From a virus (taxonomy: Duplodnaviria > Heunggongvirae > Uroviricota > Caudoviricetes), in IMG/VR virus record IMGVR_UViG_2690316153_000010: 8,177 nucleotides of DNA; one strand, given 5' to 3'. Positions 1-6,485 of this stretch are shown piece by piece. The position numbers were made by a program, and so were the translations under genes. Numbering within the stretch: the first letter of the stretch is position 1; each line of letters opens with the position of its first letter. The notes under the pieces are model-generated. The model was not told where the DNA came from and made no database searches. It worked only from the letters and a program-made list of their open reading frames with translations.

Positions 1-25
1 CATCAATGACCATCAGATTATTCAT
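1..25 (-). CDS. 5-prime end only (8 codons, MNNLMVID) of a second KilA-N-type gene that runs out of the window; partial
   Basis: Bases 1-44 are identical to 1586-1629, which holds the start codon and GAGGAG RBS of the KilA-N gene at 1179-1610. Too short to assess independently. Confidence 0.3.
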
Positions 26-44
26 ACTTCGTTTCTCCTCTTGA

Positions 45-434
45 TCAGGCGGCTGCACCCGCCGTTTTCTCGTACTTACTGATAGTGATCTCGACCTTCC
101 CTTTCGGGATAACCGGTCCCCACTCCACCAGCATTCTTTTCACCTGACTGTCGTCTTCCCACACACCCGCATGGGTCAGGGCGTCAAACAGCGCCTTGTT
201 ATAGTTGTCCAGATCGCGGATCCGGTTATCCGGAGGAAACAACACGATCTCCACTGAAGCAGGTGCCGACGTTGGTTTCGGCAGACGACGTAACTGCTCA
301 ATGATGGCGGCACACGCCGCGCTCTGAAATTTTCGCCCCGCCTCGCTTATCAGGCTCTTACCAGCAAATGCCCCTTTGTTGGGGTGTCGCCAGTACGTGT
401 TCACGCTGGGCGGAAAAGGCAGTATTAGCTTCAT
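45..434 (-). CDS. rusA: RusA-family Holliday junction resolvase (copy 1)
   Basis: 129-aa ORF. Motifs LPFPPSVNTYWRH and DLDNYNKALFDALTHAGVWEDDSQV match the RusA endonuclease family as I recall it. ATGA start/stop overlap with the upstream methyltransferase gene. Confidence 0.88.
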   Translation of the reverse strand: MKLILPFPPSVNTYWRHPNKGAFAGKSLISEAGRKFQSAACAAIIEQLRRLPKPTSAPASVEIVLFPPDNRIRDLDNYNKALFDALTHAGVWEDDSQVKRMLVEWGPVIPKGKVEITISKYEKTAGAAA

Positions 435-1084
435 GCCACCATCTCCCTGACCAGTTTTTCCGCCTGCTGGCGAACCTGCGCCAGAAATGCCTCACCACAT
501 GCCTCAAGTTCATCGCGCCCGATGTAGCTGATTGCCGGTCCCTTCCAGGTCTTGTCGAAAACAGCAATAGCACCAGCGAAGAAAGCACCTGTTGGCACCT
601 GCTTTTCGTCTTTCGGGATAAACCAGGCAGGCAGTTCAAAACCAATACGCCCGCGAATAAAAGCAATATGATCTGCACCTTCCGGCCACCACACTTCGCC
701 GGTGGCAGCTTTGATCAGGAAAACATAGCGCCCGCCTTTATCACGCATGGCACTGGCATGCTTCATGATGTAACGCATGCCGGTGATGTATTGCCCCTCA
801 TGCTGACTGGCGCGGCTGTACGGGGGATTGCCAAAGGCAGCACCTTTAAGCTCCGCAAGACGTTCTGACCAGTCATGCGCCAGCGCGTTGTCTTCCGCCG
901 TGTAATACGCGGCACATTTGGCGTTATCACCGTCAGTGAACAGATCCAGAACAAACGGACCAAACAAGGTGTTAATTCCCCAGAAAATGTTGTCCGGCGT
1001 GCGCCACTGATCGCCCACTTCCTTCAGTTCATGGGCTGGTTTGTTCCGCAGTTCTACCAGCGCCTGGCAATATTTATTACTCAT
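431..1084 (-). CDS. Phage Dam-like N6-adenine DNA methyltransferase (copy 1)
   Basis: 217-aa ORF starting MSNKYCQ. Contains the NPPY catalytic motif (FGNPPYSR) typical of N6-adenine methyltransferases. TAATG overlap with the upstream remnant ORF. Confidence 0.8.
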   Translation of the reverse strand: MSNKYCQALVELRNKPAHELKEVGDQWRTPDNIFWGINTLFGPFVLDLFTDGDNAKCAAYYTAEDNALAHDWSERLAELKGAAFGNPPYSRASQHEGQYITGMRYIMKHASAMRDKGGRYVFLIKAATGEVWWPEGADHIAFIRGRIGFELPAWFIPKDEKQVPTGAFFAGAIAVFDKTWKGPAISYIGRDELEACGEAFLAQVRQQAEKLVREMVA

Positions 1085-1176
1085 TAAGCCCCCACGTAAA
1101 AAGCATCCGCAATGTCTCCGGAAGTACAGCCCGGATGGGCTTCAATGAATTTCTGAACGTCATTTAACAGACTCAT
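1084..1176 (-). pseudogene. 30-codon in-frame deletion remnant of the PerC-like gene found intact at 2992-3480
   Basis: Translates MSLLNDVQKFIEAHPGCTSGDIADAFYVGA. The first 26 and last 4 residues equal the termini of the 162-aa protein at 2992-3480. Copy-2 bases 3008-3403 (396 bp, 132 codons) are absent here. Confidence 0.5.
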
Positions 1177-1178
1177 GA

Positions 1179-1610
1179 TCACCCCCTGAATCCTGCCGGG
1201 ATCTGGCTGTAGTCCACGTTGTCGTAACTGGCTTTGAAGTACGGGTCTTCACGTTTTTCTGTGTGCGTGCTGACGGACGGCGATAAGCGCAGGGAAAGCT
1301 CATCCCATTTTTCCCGCAACTTCGACGGGCTGATCCACATTGCATAGGCATACACCAGTTCCTTGCAGACATACGTTCCCCGTTCATTTCCCCCATGAAT
1401 CACACTCACCGGGTCAACACCCAAATTCTGGGTGTTGGTCAATTCATGAACAAGCTCAACAGTTTGTTGGCTGGAAAGAAACTTTCCTGGCTCCTTGGTT
1501 CTGGCATTTGCACCAGATGCTACTGCTGCGCGATGCAGATCGTTCAGGCTGTAACGCCCATAAGCATCACGACGAACTTCAATACCATCAATGACCATCA
1601 GATTATTCAT
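1179..1610 (-). CDS. KilA-N domain protein, chimeric: KilA-N N-terminal domain fused to the C-terminal ~50 aa of the replication-initiator-like protein
   Basis: ORF 1179-1643 trimmed to the ATG at 1610, which has a GAGGAG RBS 9 nt upstream. GTYVCKELVYAYAMWISP resembles the KilA-N signature. Bases 1179 to about 1330 are near-identical to 3483 to about 3640. Confidence 0.7.
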   Translation of the reverse strand: MNNLMVIDGIEVRRDAYGRYSLNDLHRAAVASGANARTKEPGKFLSSQQTVELVHELTNTQNLGVDPVSVIHGGNERGTYVCKELVYAYAMWISPSKLREKWDELSLRLSPSVSTHTEKREDPYFKASYDNVDYSQIPAGFRG

Positions 1611-1629
1611 ACTTCGTTTCTCCTCTTGA

Positions 1630-2019
1630 TCAGGCGGCTGCACCCGCCGTTTTCTCGTACTTACTGATAGTGATCTCGACCTTCCCTTTCGGGATAACCG
1701 GTCCCCACTCCACCAGCATTCTTTTCACCTGACTGTCGTCTTCCCACACACCCGCATGGGTCAGGGCGTCAAACAGCGCCTTGTTATAGTTGTCCAGATC
1801 GCGGATCCGGTTATCCGGAGGAAACAACACGATCTCCACTGAAGCAGGTGCCGACGTTGGTTTCGGCAGACGACGTAACTGCTCAACTATTGCTGCGCAC
1901 GCCGCGCTCTGGAATTTGCGCCCCGCTGCGCTTATCAGACTCTTACCAGCAAACGCCCCTTTGTTGGGGTGTCGCCAGTACGTGTTCACGCTGGGCGGGA
2001 AAGGCAAGATCAGCTTCAT
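1630..2019 (-). CDS. rusA: RusA-family Holliday junction resolvase (copy 2)
   Basis: 129-aa ORF differing from copy 1 at 2 residues (E31A, I45V). Same motifs. ATGA overlap with the upstream LexA-like gene. Confidence 0.88.
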   Translation of the reverse strand: MKLILPFPPSVNTYWRHPNKGAFAGKSLISAAGRKFQSAACAAIVEQLRRLPKPTSAPASVEIVLFPPDNRIRDLDNYNKALFDALTHAGVWEDDSQVKRMLVEWGPVIPKGKVEITISKYEKTAGAAA

Positions 2020-2342
2020 ACTTTCAGGCCCCTCTCATGTAACCAGTGGGCTGCACGCAGCCTGGCGTTTTCCTCACCGGCAAGCAGTGCGCGGATAATC
2101 CCGACCGCCTCGCTGTCGTCGTCCTTCACCGCGGTATGAAGAGTTATCCCCCGGGCCACGCCACGCTTTATCGTGATGACGCCTTTTTTCTCCAGTGCGC
2201 GAAGATGCTCCACCGCTGCATTCACCGAACGGTATCCCAGCATGGTTGCCACCTCCTGATTGGTTGGCGGAAAGCCACGTTCTTGCTGGTAAGAAATCAG
2301 CATATCCAGCACCTGCTGCTGGCATTGAGTTAACGTCGTCAT
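2016..2342 (-). CDS. LexA N-terminal DNA-binding-domain-like protein with no S24 peptidase domain
   Basis: 108-aa ORF. Residues 4-66 (LTQCQQQVLDMLISYQQERGFPPTNQEVATMLGYRSVNAAVEHLRALEKKGVITIKRGVARGITL) align with the LexA winged-helix domain ([65 protein letters not shown]). No Ala-Gly cleavage site and no Ser/Lys dyad. ATGA overlaps at both ends. Confidence 0.7.
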   Translation of the reverse strand: MTTLTQCQQQVLDMLISYQQERGFPPTNQEVATMLGYRSVNAAVEHLRALEKKGVITIKRGVARGITLHTAVKDDDSEAVGIIRALLAGEENARLRAAHWLHERGLKV

Positions 2343-2992
2343 GCCGCCATCTCCCTGACCAGTTTTTCCGCCTGCTGGCGAACCTGCGCCAGAAAGGCCT
2401 CACCACATGCCTCAAGTTCATCGCGCCCGATGTAGCTGATTGCCGGTCCCTTCCGGGTCTTGTCGAAAACAGCAATAGCACCAGCGAAGAAAGCGCCTGT
2501 CGGCACCTGCTTCTCGTCCTTCGGGATAAACCAGGCTGGCAGTTCAAAACCAATACGCCCGCGAATAAAAGCAATATGGTCTGCATCTTCCGGCCACCAA
2601 ACTTCGCTGGTGGCAGCTTTGATCAGGAAAACATAGCGCCCGCCTTTATCACGCATGGCACTGGCATGCTTCATGATGTAACGCATGCCGGTGATGTATT
2701 GCCCCTCATGCTGACTGGCGCGGCTGTACGGGGGATTACCAAAGGCAGCACCTTTAAGCTCCGCAAGACGTTCTGACCAGTCATGCGCCAGCGCGTTGTC
2801 TTCCGCCGTGTAATACGCGGCGCATTTGGCGTTATCACCATCAGTAAACAGATCCAGAACAAACGGGCCAAACAGGGTGTTAATTCCCCAGAAAATGTTG
2901 TCCGGCGTGCGCCACTGATCGCCCACTTCCTTCAGTTCATGGGCTGGTTTGTTCCGCAGCTCCACCAGCGCCTGGCAATATTTATTACTCAT
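2339..2992 (-). CDS. Phage Dam-like N6-adenine DNA methyltransferase (copy 2)
   Basis: ORF 2339-3025 trimmed to MSNKYCQ at 2992 by comparison with copy 1 and the TAATG overlap with the upstream stop. 4 amino-acid differences from copy 1. NPPY motif present. Confidence 0.8.
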   Translation of the reverse strand: MSNKYCQALVELRNKPAHELKEVGDQWRTPDNIFWGINTLFGPFVLDLFTDGDNAKCAAYYTAEDNALAHDWSERLAELKGAAFGNPPYSRASQHEGQYITGMRYIMKHASAMRDKGGRYVFLIKAATSEVWWPEDADHIAFIRGRIGFELPAWFIPKDEKQVPTGAFFAGAIAVFDKTRKGPAISYIGRDELEACGEAFLAQVRQQAEKLVREMAA

Positions 2993-3480
2993 TAAGCCCC
3001 CACGTAATTCCCTGACAGATACCACTCTTCACCCGATGCAGCGCGCTTGCTGCTTTTCCGTAAACACCGCTCACGACGCGCAAGAAAATTGTTTCGCTCT
3101 TGCTGGGAGTGGCTTTCACGGAATGCCGCCATCCACACCGTTGCAGCACGACGGTATAAGCCCCTGGACTCCAGTTCTTCCGCCTGGCGGGTCAGGCACA
3201 AAATCACCCGGGGATCGTTAGTGCCGACATAGAAATTGCGCACAGGTCTGGATTCACGAACTGGTTGCGGTTCCGGCTCCTGCGGTATCTCAGTCAGCCG
3301 CGGGAAATGTCTGCGTGTATCCCCTTCACAACGGTGAGCCACACGCCCACTCTGACGTAACTTGCTTGCTGACTGCAGAACGCGCTGTCGTGAGTAACCT
3401 GCAAAAGCATCCGCAATGTCTCCGGAAGTACACCCCGGATGGGCTTCAATGAATTTCTGAACGTCATTCAAAAGACTCAT
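2992..3480 (-). CDS. Hypothetical regulator, possibly PerC-family-like
   Basis: 162-aa ORF (track ORF 2992-3486 trimmed to MSLL, since the upstream stop is at 3483-3485). The segment AEELESRGLYRRAATVWMAAFRES...ERNNFLARRERCL resembles the PerC-family motif as I recall it. Family assignment is tentative. Confidence 0.5.
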   Translation of the reverse strand: MSLLNDVQKFIEAHPGCTSGDIADAFAGYSRQRVLQSASKLRQSGRVAHRCEGDTRRHFPRLTEIPQEPEPQPVRESRPVRNFYVGTNDPRVILCLTRQAEELESRGLYRRAATVWMAAFRESHSQQERNNFLARRERCLRKSSKRAASGEEWYLSGNYVGA

Positions 3481-3482
3481 GA

Positions 3483-4424
3483 TCACCCCCTGAATCCTGC
3501 CGGGATCTGGCTGTAGTCCACGTTGTCGTAACTGGCTTTGAAGTACGGGTCTTCGCGTTTTTCGGTGTACGTGCTGACGGACGGCGATAAGCGCAGGGAA
3601 AGCTCATCCCATTTTTCCCGCAGCTTCGACGGGCTGAGCACGTTACGGCACCAGAACGGATCGCGACTGACGCGGCTGTACATCTCGCAGATTTGTTTAT
3701 GAGTACGACCATCCTGCACACACATCAGGCGAATTTCGTTTGCCCAGGCTGTCCAGTTCGGTTCTTTGGGACGAACCACCTCGCCGTCACATTCGGCGGC
3801 ATGCTCGTACAGGGCGATGATTTTTTTCCAGAGCCACTGTGCGCAGGTCAAATCATCCTGCGTCCCCCACTGGCGCTTTTTAGGGCTGAATACAACCGCA
3901 TCAGGATGGCGAGTTAAAAAATCCTGTTCAGCCGTCTGCGTGTCCGGTTGCGAAGCGTCCGGACGAGAAGTTTTTTTATCTGACGGATCATGTTTTGATT
4001 TTACTGACGGATCCCCACCAGATTCTGACGGGTGAAAACCCGCTTTTTTGCCAGATTTCGACGCATCAAATTTTGACGGGTCAGATTTTGATGCGTCAGA
4101 TTTTGACGGGTCAGAATCTGACAGTTGAGAAAATGCCGCTGCCTGAAGCTTCGCAACGTTAAGCTGATAAACATTCGACGCATTGCGGTTACCCTGGCGA
4201 CGCGCCCTACGCGTTAACCAGCCTTCTGCTTCCAGCCGTGCGATAGCCGTTCTGACGGTACTCATCCCCGCGCCAATCTGGCGGGCAATGGTTTCAATTG
4301 ATGGCCAGCACACACCTTCGTCATTACTGAAATCAGCCAGGCGGGCCATAATTGCCACGCTGGATAATTTCATGCCTGATGCAGCGCAACCATCCCATAC
4401 ATAGCCGGTTAATTTAGTGCTCAT
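3483..4424 (-). CDS. Replication initiator-like protein: N-terminal HTH/winged-helix domain, low-complexity DPSKS repeat linker, C-terminal tail shared with the KilA-N gene
   Basis: 313-aa ORF. N-terminal segment (GYVWDGCAASGMKLSSVAIMARLADFSNDEGVCWPSIETIARQIGAGMSTVRTAIARLEAEGWL) looks like the HTH domain of phage replication initiators. Internal tandem DNA repeats resemble lambda O-type iterons. Position downstream of cro/cII-like genes fits. Confidence 0.65.
   Translation of the reverse strand: MSTKLTGYVWDGCAASGMKLSSVAIMARLADFSNDEGVCWPSIETIARQIGAGMSTVRTAIARLEAEGWLTRRARRQGNRNASNVYQLNVAKLQAAAFSQLSDSDPSKSDASKSDPSKFDASKSGKKAGFHPSESGGDPSVKSKHDPSDKKTSRPDASQPDTQTAEQDFLTRHPDAVVFSPKKRQWGTQDDLTCAQWLWKKIIALYEHAAECDGEVVRPKEPNWTAWANEIRLMCVQDGRTHKQICEMYSRVSRDPFWCRNVLSPSKLREKWDELSLRLSPSVSTYTEKREDPYFKASYDNVDYSQIPAGFRG
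3975..4127. repeat. Iteron-like 15-bp tandem repeats (consensus AGATTTTGACGGGTC, core TGACGG); candidate origin of replication inside the initiator gene
   Basis: Five contiguous 15-bp units at 4053-4127, plus three degenerate copies at 3975-3989, 3996-4013 and 4021-4035 interspersed with A/T runs. In the coding frame they give the pentapeptide repeat DPSKS/DASKS. Confidence 0.6.
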
Positions 4425-4433
4425 GACCGACCT

Positions 4434-4772
4434 CTATTTCCCTGAATTTACGACGAAACTGTTCGAGCGGGCTGAAGCACTCATGCTCATAGCCTTCGCG
4501 GAGGTAGATAACACGTTGTGTTTCCGGCTCCCAACGAATGACTCTGACGGGCACTCCGTAGTGATCTTTGAACCAGCGGTTAACTTGTCGCAAAGGACTG
4601 TCTCCTTCTGCCGGTTGAAATCACCCACAGCCCACTCTGCAAAGCTGTGGGTTACAATTTCCCTGTCACCTGGTACATTCACTGCATAGCAATACTCCAC
4701 CTTCGCTTTTCCACCCGGTACAGGAAGCGCAATCAGTTGCGAGCGACGGTAGTGTGTTGTTAAACTGTTCAT
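4434..4772 (-). CDS. Hypothetical protein; C-terminal half may be out of frame (possible frameshift or pseudogene)
   Basis: 112-aa ORF with GGAGA RBS 9 nt upstream. The last ~50 residues are S/T/A-rich and low in complexity, while the -1 frame (4414-4620) is open for 68 codons, protein-like, and ends overlapping the next gene start. Confidence 0.4.
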   Translation of the reverse strand: MNSLTTHYRRSQLIALPVPGGKAKVEYCYAVNVPGDREIVTHSFAEWAVGDFNRQKETVLCDKLTAGSKITTECPSESFVGSRKHNVLSTSAKAMSMSASARSNSFVVNSGK

Positions 4773-5365
4773 GCGTTAGTTTCTCCACAGTCACGACACG
4801 CCACGGCGCCCGGAGCTGCACACTCGCGGGCGTCATTACTTTCTGAAATGCAAAAAATTTTGTAGACCAGTGCTGCATGCTCCTGCAGCTTCGAAATTGA
4901 GAGGTACAGCTCGTCGTTAATTGCTGTCTTCTCATGCGGTTCCACTACACCGTCTTCAATTGCTGAACGAATCTGTTTTGAATAACTGCCGATCTGTTCA
5001 ATGACTTCCAGCAGGCGCTGGTTAATATCGGCGTTGTCCACATCCTCGACGTCAGGAAGAGACACAAAGACGCCATTTGCAGACTGCGCCACAGCGTCAG
5101 CAATGAAGTGAGTTCCACCAGCACGTTGCAAAATCATTGCCCATCCCAGCGGGAAAATCTGATCGCCATCGGCACGAAGGCGGTTAAATAATGCGTTCTC
5201 TGTTACATCCAGCCAGTCAGCTGCTTCAGCGTAACCACCCGGCAACTTTGCGATAGTTTTTCTGACAGCTTTCACGTACCACTCAGGCTGTTTTTCTACT
5301 TTCCAGTGATGCTTACCCACGGTTAGCCTCATCGTTCTGTGGTTTCTGTTAATCGATTTATCCAT
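4769..5365 (-). CDS. CII/YdaT-like regulator (positional cII equivalent)
   Basis: ORF 4769-5434; start uncertain (candidate ATGs at 5365, 5377, 5332), chosen to limit overlap with cro. HTH-like segment [22 protein letters not shown]. Lies directly downstream of the Cro/YdaS-like gene. Family assignment by recollection only. Confidence 0.5.
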   Translation of the reverse strand: MDKSINRNHRTMRLTVGKHHWKVEKQPEWYVKAVRKTIAKLPGGYAEAADWLDVTENALFNRLRADGDQIFPLGWAMILQRAGGTHFIADAVAQSANGVFVSLPDVEDVDNADINQRLLEVIEQIGSYSKQIRSAIEDGVVEPHEKTAINDELYLSISKLQEHAALVYKIFCISESNDARECAAPGAVACRDCGETNA

Positions 5366-5558
5366 TAGATTTTTCATAAAGCTCAGGTTTAAATGGCAAC
5401 CGTCCGCAAGTTCTATATGCAGCTTCTGCTGCACGTCCTTTTGGAATTAACTGGCCCGGACGGTTTCGCCACTGATAAACGGCTTCAGTTGTTATGCCGA
5501 AAAAAGCAGCAACTTTCTCAATACTGCCGAAGTAGCTTTCGATATCGTCAGTTGTCAT
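5358..5558 (-). CDS. Cro/YdaS-like HTH regulator
   Basis: 66-aa ORF transcribed divergently from the repressor. GGAGGG RBS 4 nt upstream of the ATG. HTH-like segment SIEKVAAFFGITTEAVYQWRNR. Confidence 0.7.
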   Translation of the reverse strand: MTTDDIESYFGSIEKVAAFFGITTEAVYQWRNRPGQLIPKGRAAEAAYRTCGRLPFKPELYEKSNG

Positions 5559-5655
5559 ACGCCCTCCAAACTAAGTTTTGTTAGATGCTAATTACAAATC
5601 TATCTTTGGTCAATAAAAACTAAGATTACTTAGCGATTAAAGAAATGGTGCTCCT
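5559..5655. promoter_or_regulatory. Divergent immunity promoter/operator region (pR for cro, pRM for the repressor) with CTAA-N6-TTAG operator palindromes
   Basis: Operator-like sites CTAAGTTTTGTTAG (5571-5584) and CTAAGATTACTTAG (5620-5633), plus overlapping TTAGatgCTAA (5581-5591). Minus-strand -35 TTGACC (5608-5613) and, after a 17-bp spacer, -10 TAGCAT (5585-5590) upstream of cro. Confidence 0.5.
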
Positions 5656-6282
5656 ATGGAAACGGTTGGTCAGCGTATAAAAGCTCTGAGAAGAGTTACC
5701 AGAACGTCCCAGAAAGAATTGGGTAAATTTTGTGGAGTAAGCGACGTTGCTGTGGGGTACTGGGAGAAAGACATCAATACCCCTGGCGGGGAGGCACTTT
5801 CGAAATTAGCGAAGTTCTTCAATACGTCAATAGATTACATTCTTTACGGTGCTGAGTTTGAAGGCAAACTCGTCACAAACATGCGCAGAGTTCCTGTAAT
5901 ATCGTGGGTTCAGGCTGGGCAGTTTACTGAGTGCAGGGCAGCAGAAGTGTTTAGTGAAGTGGACAAGTGGGTAGATACATCATTAAAGGTTGGTGATAAC
6001 TCATTTGCATTAGAGGTTAAAGGTGACTCCATGACTAACCCTAATGGCCTCCCAACAATACCAGAAGGCGCAACAGTGATTGTAGATCCAGATGCAGAAC
6101 CTCGTCATGGAAAAATAGTCATCGCTCGACTTGATGGAACAAACGAAGCTACAGTAAAAAAATTAGTCATCGATGGCCCTCAAAAGTTTTTAGTGCCATT
6201 AAATCCTCGGTATCCCAACATCCCTATCAATGGTAATTGCCTTATCATTGGTGTAGTCAAAGGAGTTCAATACGAACTCTAA
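5656..6282 (+). CDS. cI-like prophage repressor: N-terminal XRE-type HTH plus C-terminal S24 (LexA-like) autopeptidase domain
   Basis: 208-aa ORF. HTH at the N-terminus, Ala-Gly cleavage site in WVQAGQF, catalytic Ser in KGDSM and Lys in TVKKL. Divergent from cro. Confidence 0.9.
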   Translation: METVGQRIKALRRVTRTSQKELGKFCGVSDVAVGYWEKDINTPGGEALSKLAKFFNTSIDYILYGAEFEGKLVTNMRRVPVISWVQAGQFTECRAAEVFSEVDKWVDTSLKVGDNSFALEVKGDSMTNPNGLPTIPEGATVIVDPDAEPRHGKIVIARLDGTNEATVKKLVIDGPQKFLVPLNPRYPNIPINGNCLIIGVVKGVQYEL

Positions 6283-6304
6283 GACCTCTCTTCTCTAACT
6301 AAGG

Positions 6305-6337
6305 CACCGAACCAAGAAAAGTTTGGTGTTTTCTCTT
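6305..6337 (+). terminator. Candidate intrinsic terminator downstream of the repressor gene
   Basis: Stem CACCGAAC (6305-6312) pairs with GTTTGGTG (6321-6328) including one G-U, with an 8-nt loop, followed by TTTTCTCTT. Confidence 0.35.
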
Positions 6338-6364
6338 GCCATGATAACTAAGTTAAGTTAGATT
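6336..6364 (+). promoter_or_regulatory. Candidate early-left promoter (pL-like) with overlapping operator (OL-like)
   Basis: -35 TTGCCA (6336-6341), 17-bp spacer, -10 TAGATT (6359-6364). The operator CTAAGTTAAGTTAG (6348-6361) has the same CTAA-N6-TTAG architecture as the cro/cI intergenic sites. Confidence 0.35.
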
Positions 6365-6447
6365 TTATATCAAAGATAACGAACAGGCAGGACGCCCACG
6401 AAGTAGCCGCCTGGGGCATATGAAGTCCAGGATGATTCGTTAGCAAC

Positions 6448-6471
6448 AAAAAAGCGCCCTACAGGACGCTT
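6448..6471 (-). terminator. Intrinsic terminator for the minus-strand gene 6510-7001
   Basis: On the minus strand: AAGCGUCC, loop UGUA, GGGCGCUU (8-bp GC-rich stem with one G-U), then a U-tract (plus-strand A-run 6448-6453). Lies about 40 nt past the stop codon. Confidence 0.55.
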
Positions 6472-6472
6472 A

Positions 6473-6485
6473 GCTCTTTAACAAT
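6473..6485 (+). promoter_or_regulatory. boxA-like antitermination motif (GCTCTTTAACAAT)
   Basis: 13 of 13 match to the core of the E. coli rrn boxA as I recall it (TGCTCTTTAACAATTTA). Plus-strand, downstream of the candidate pL and just after a hairpin. Confidence 0.4.

Noticed and set aside
368-868. Plus-strand ORFs of 166 aa (368-868) and 193 aa (2195-2776)
   Set aside because: Both lie antisense to the methyltransferase genes, lack an RBS, and have compositions typical of the reverse frame of a GC-rich gene.
1160-1396. 78-aa and 85-aa minus-strand ORFs (1160-1396, 3464-3721)
   Set aside because: They are alternative frames overlapping the KilA-N and initiator genes, Arg/Ser/Thr-rich, with no start context.
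1-3025. Duplication as an assembly artifact
   Set aside because: The copies differ by scattered substitutions and by whole-gene insertions and deletions, which is not what a collapsed or duplicated assembly of one locus looks like. Still worth confirming with long reads.
3975-4127. Tandem repeats as a possible CRISPR array
   Set aside because: The units are 15 bp and directly abutting with no spacers, and they lie in-frame inside a coding sequence. They fit iterons or a peptide repeat instead.
4417-4689. 90-aa plus-strand ORF starting with GTG
   Set aside because: It runs against the direction of the whole operon and overlaps both the minus-strand gene and the initiator start. Treated as a by-product of the GC-rich open region, though the unusual openness is noted in the findings.
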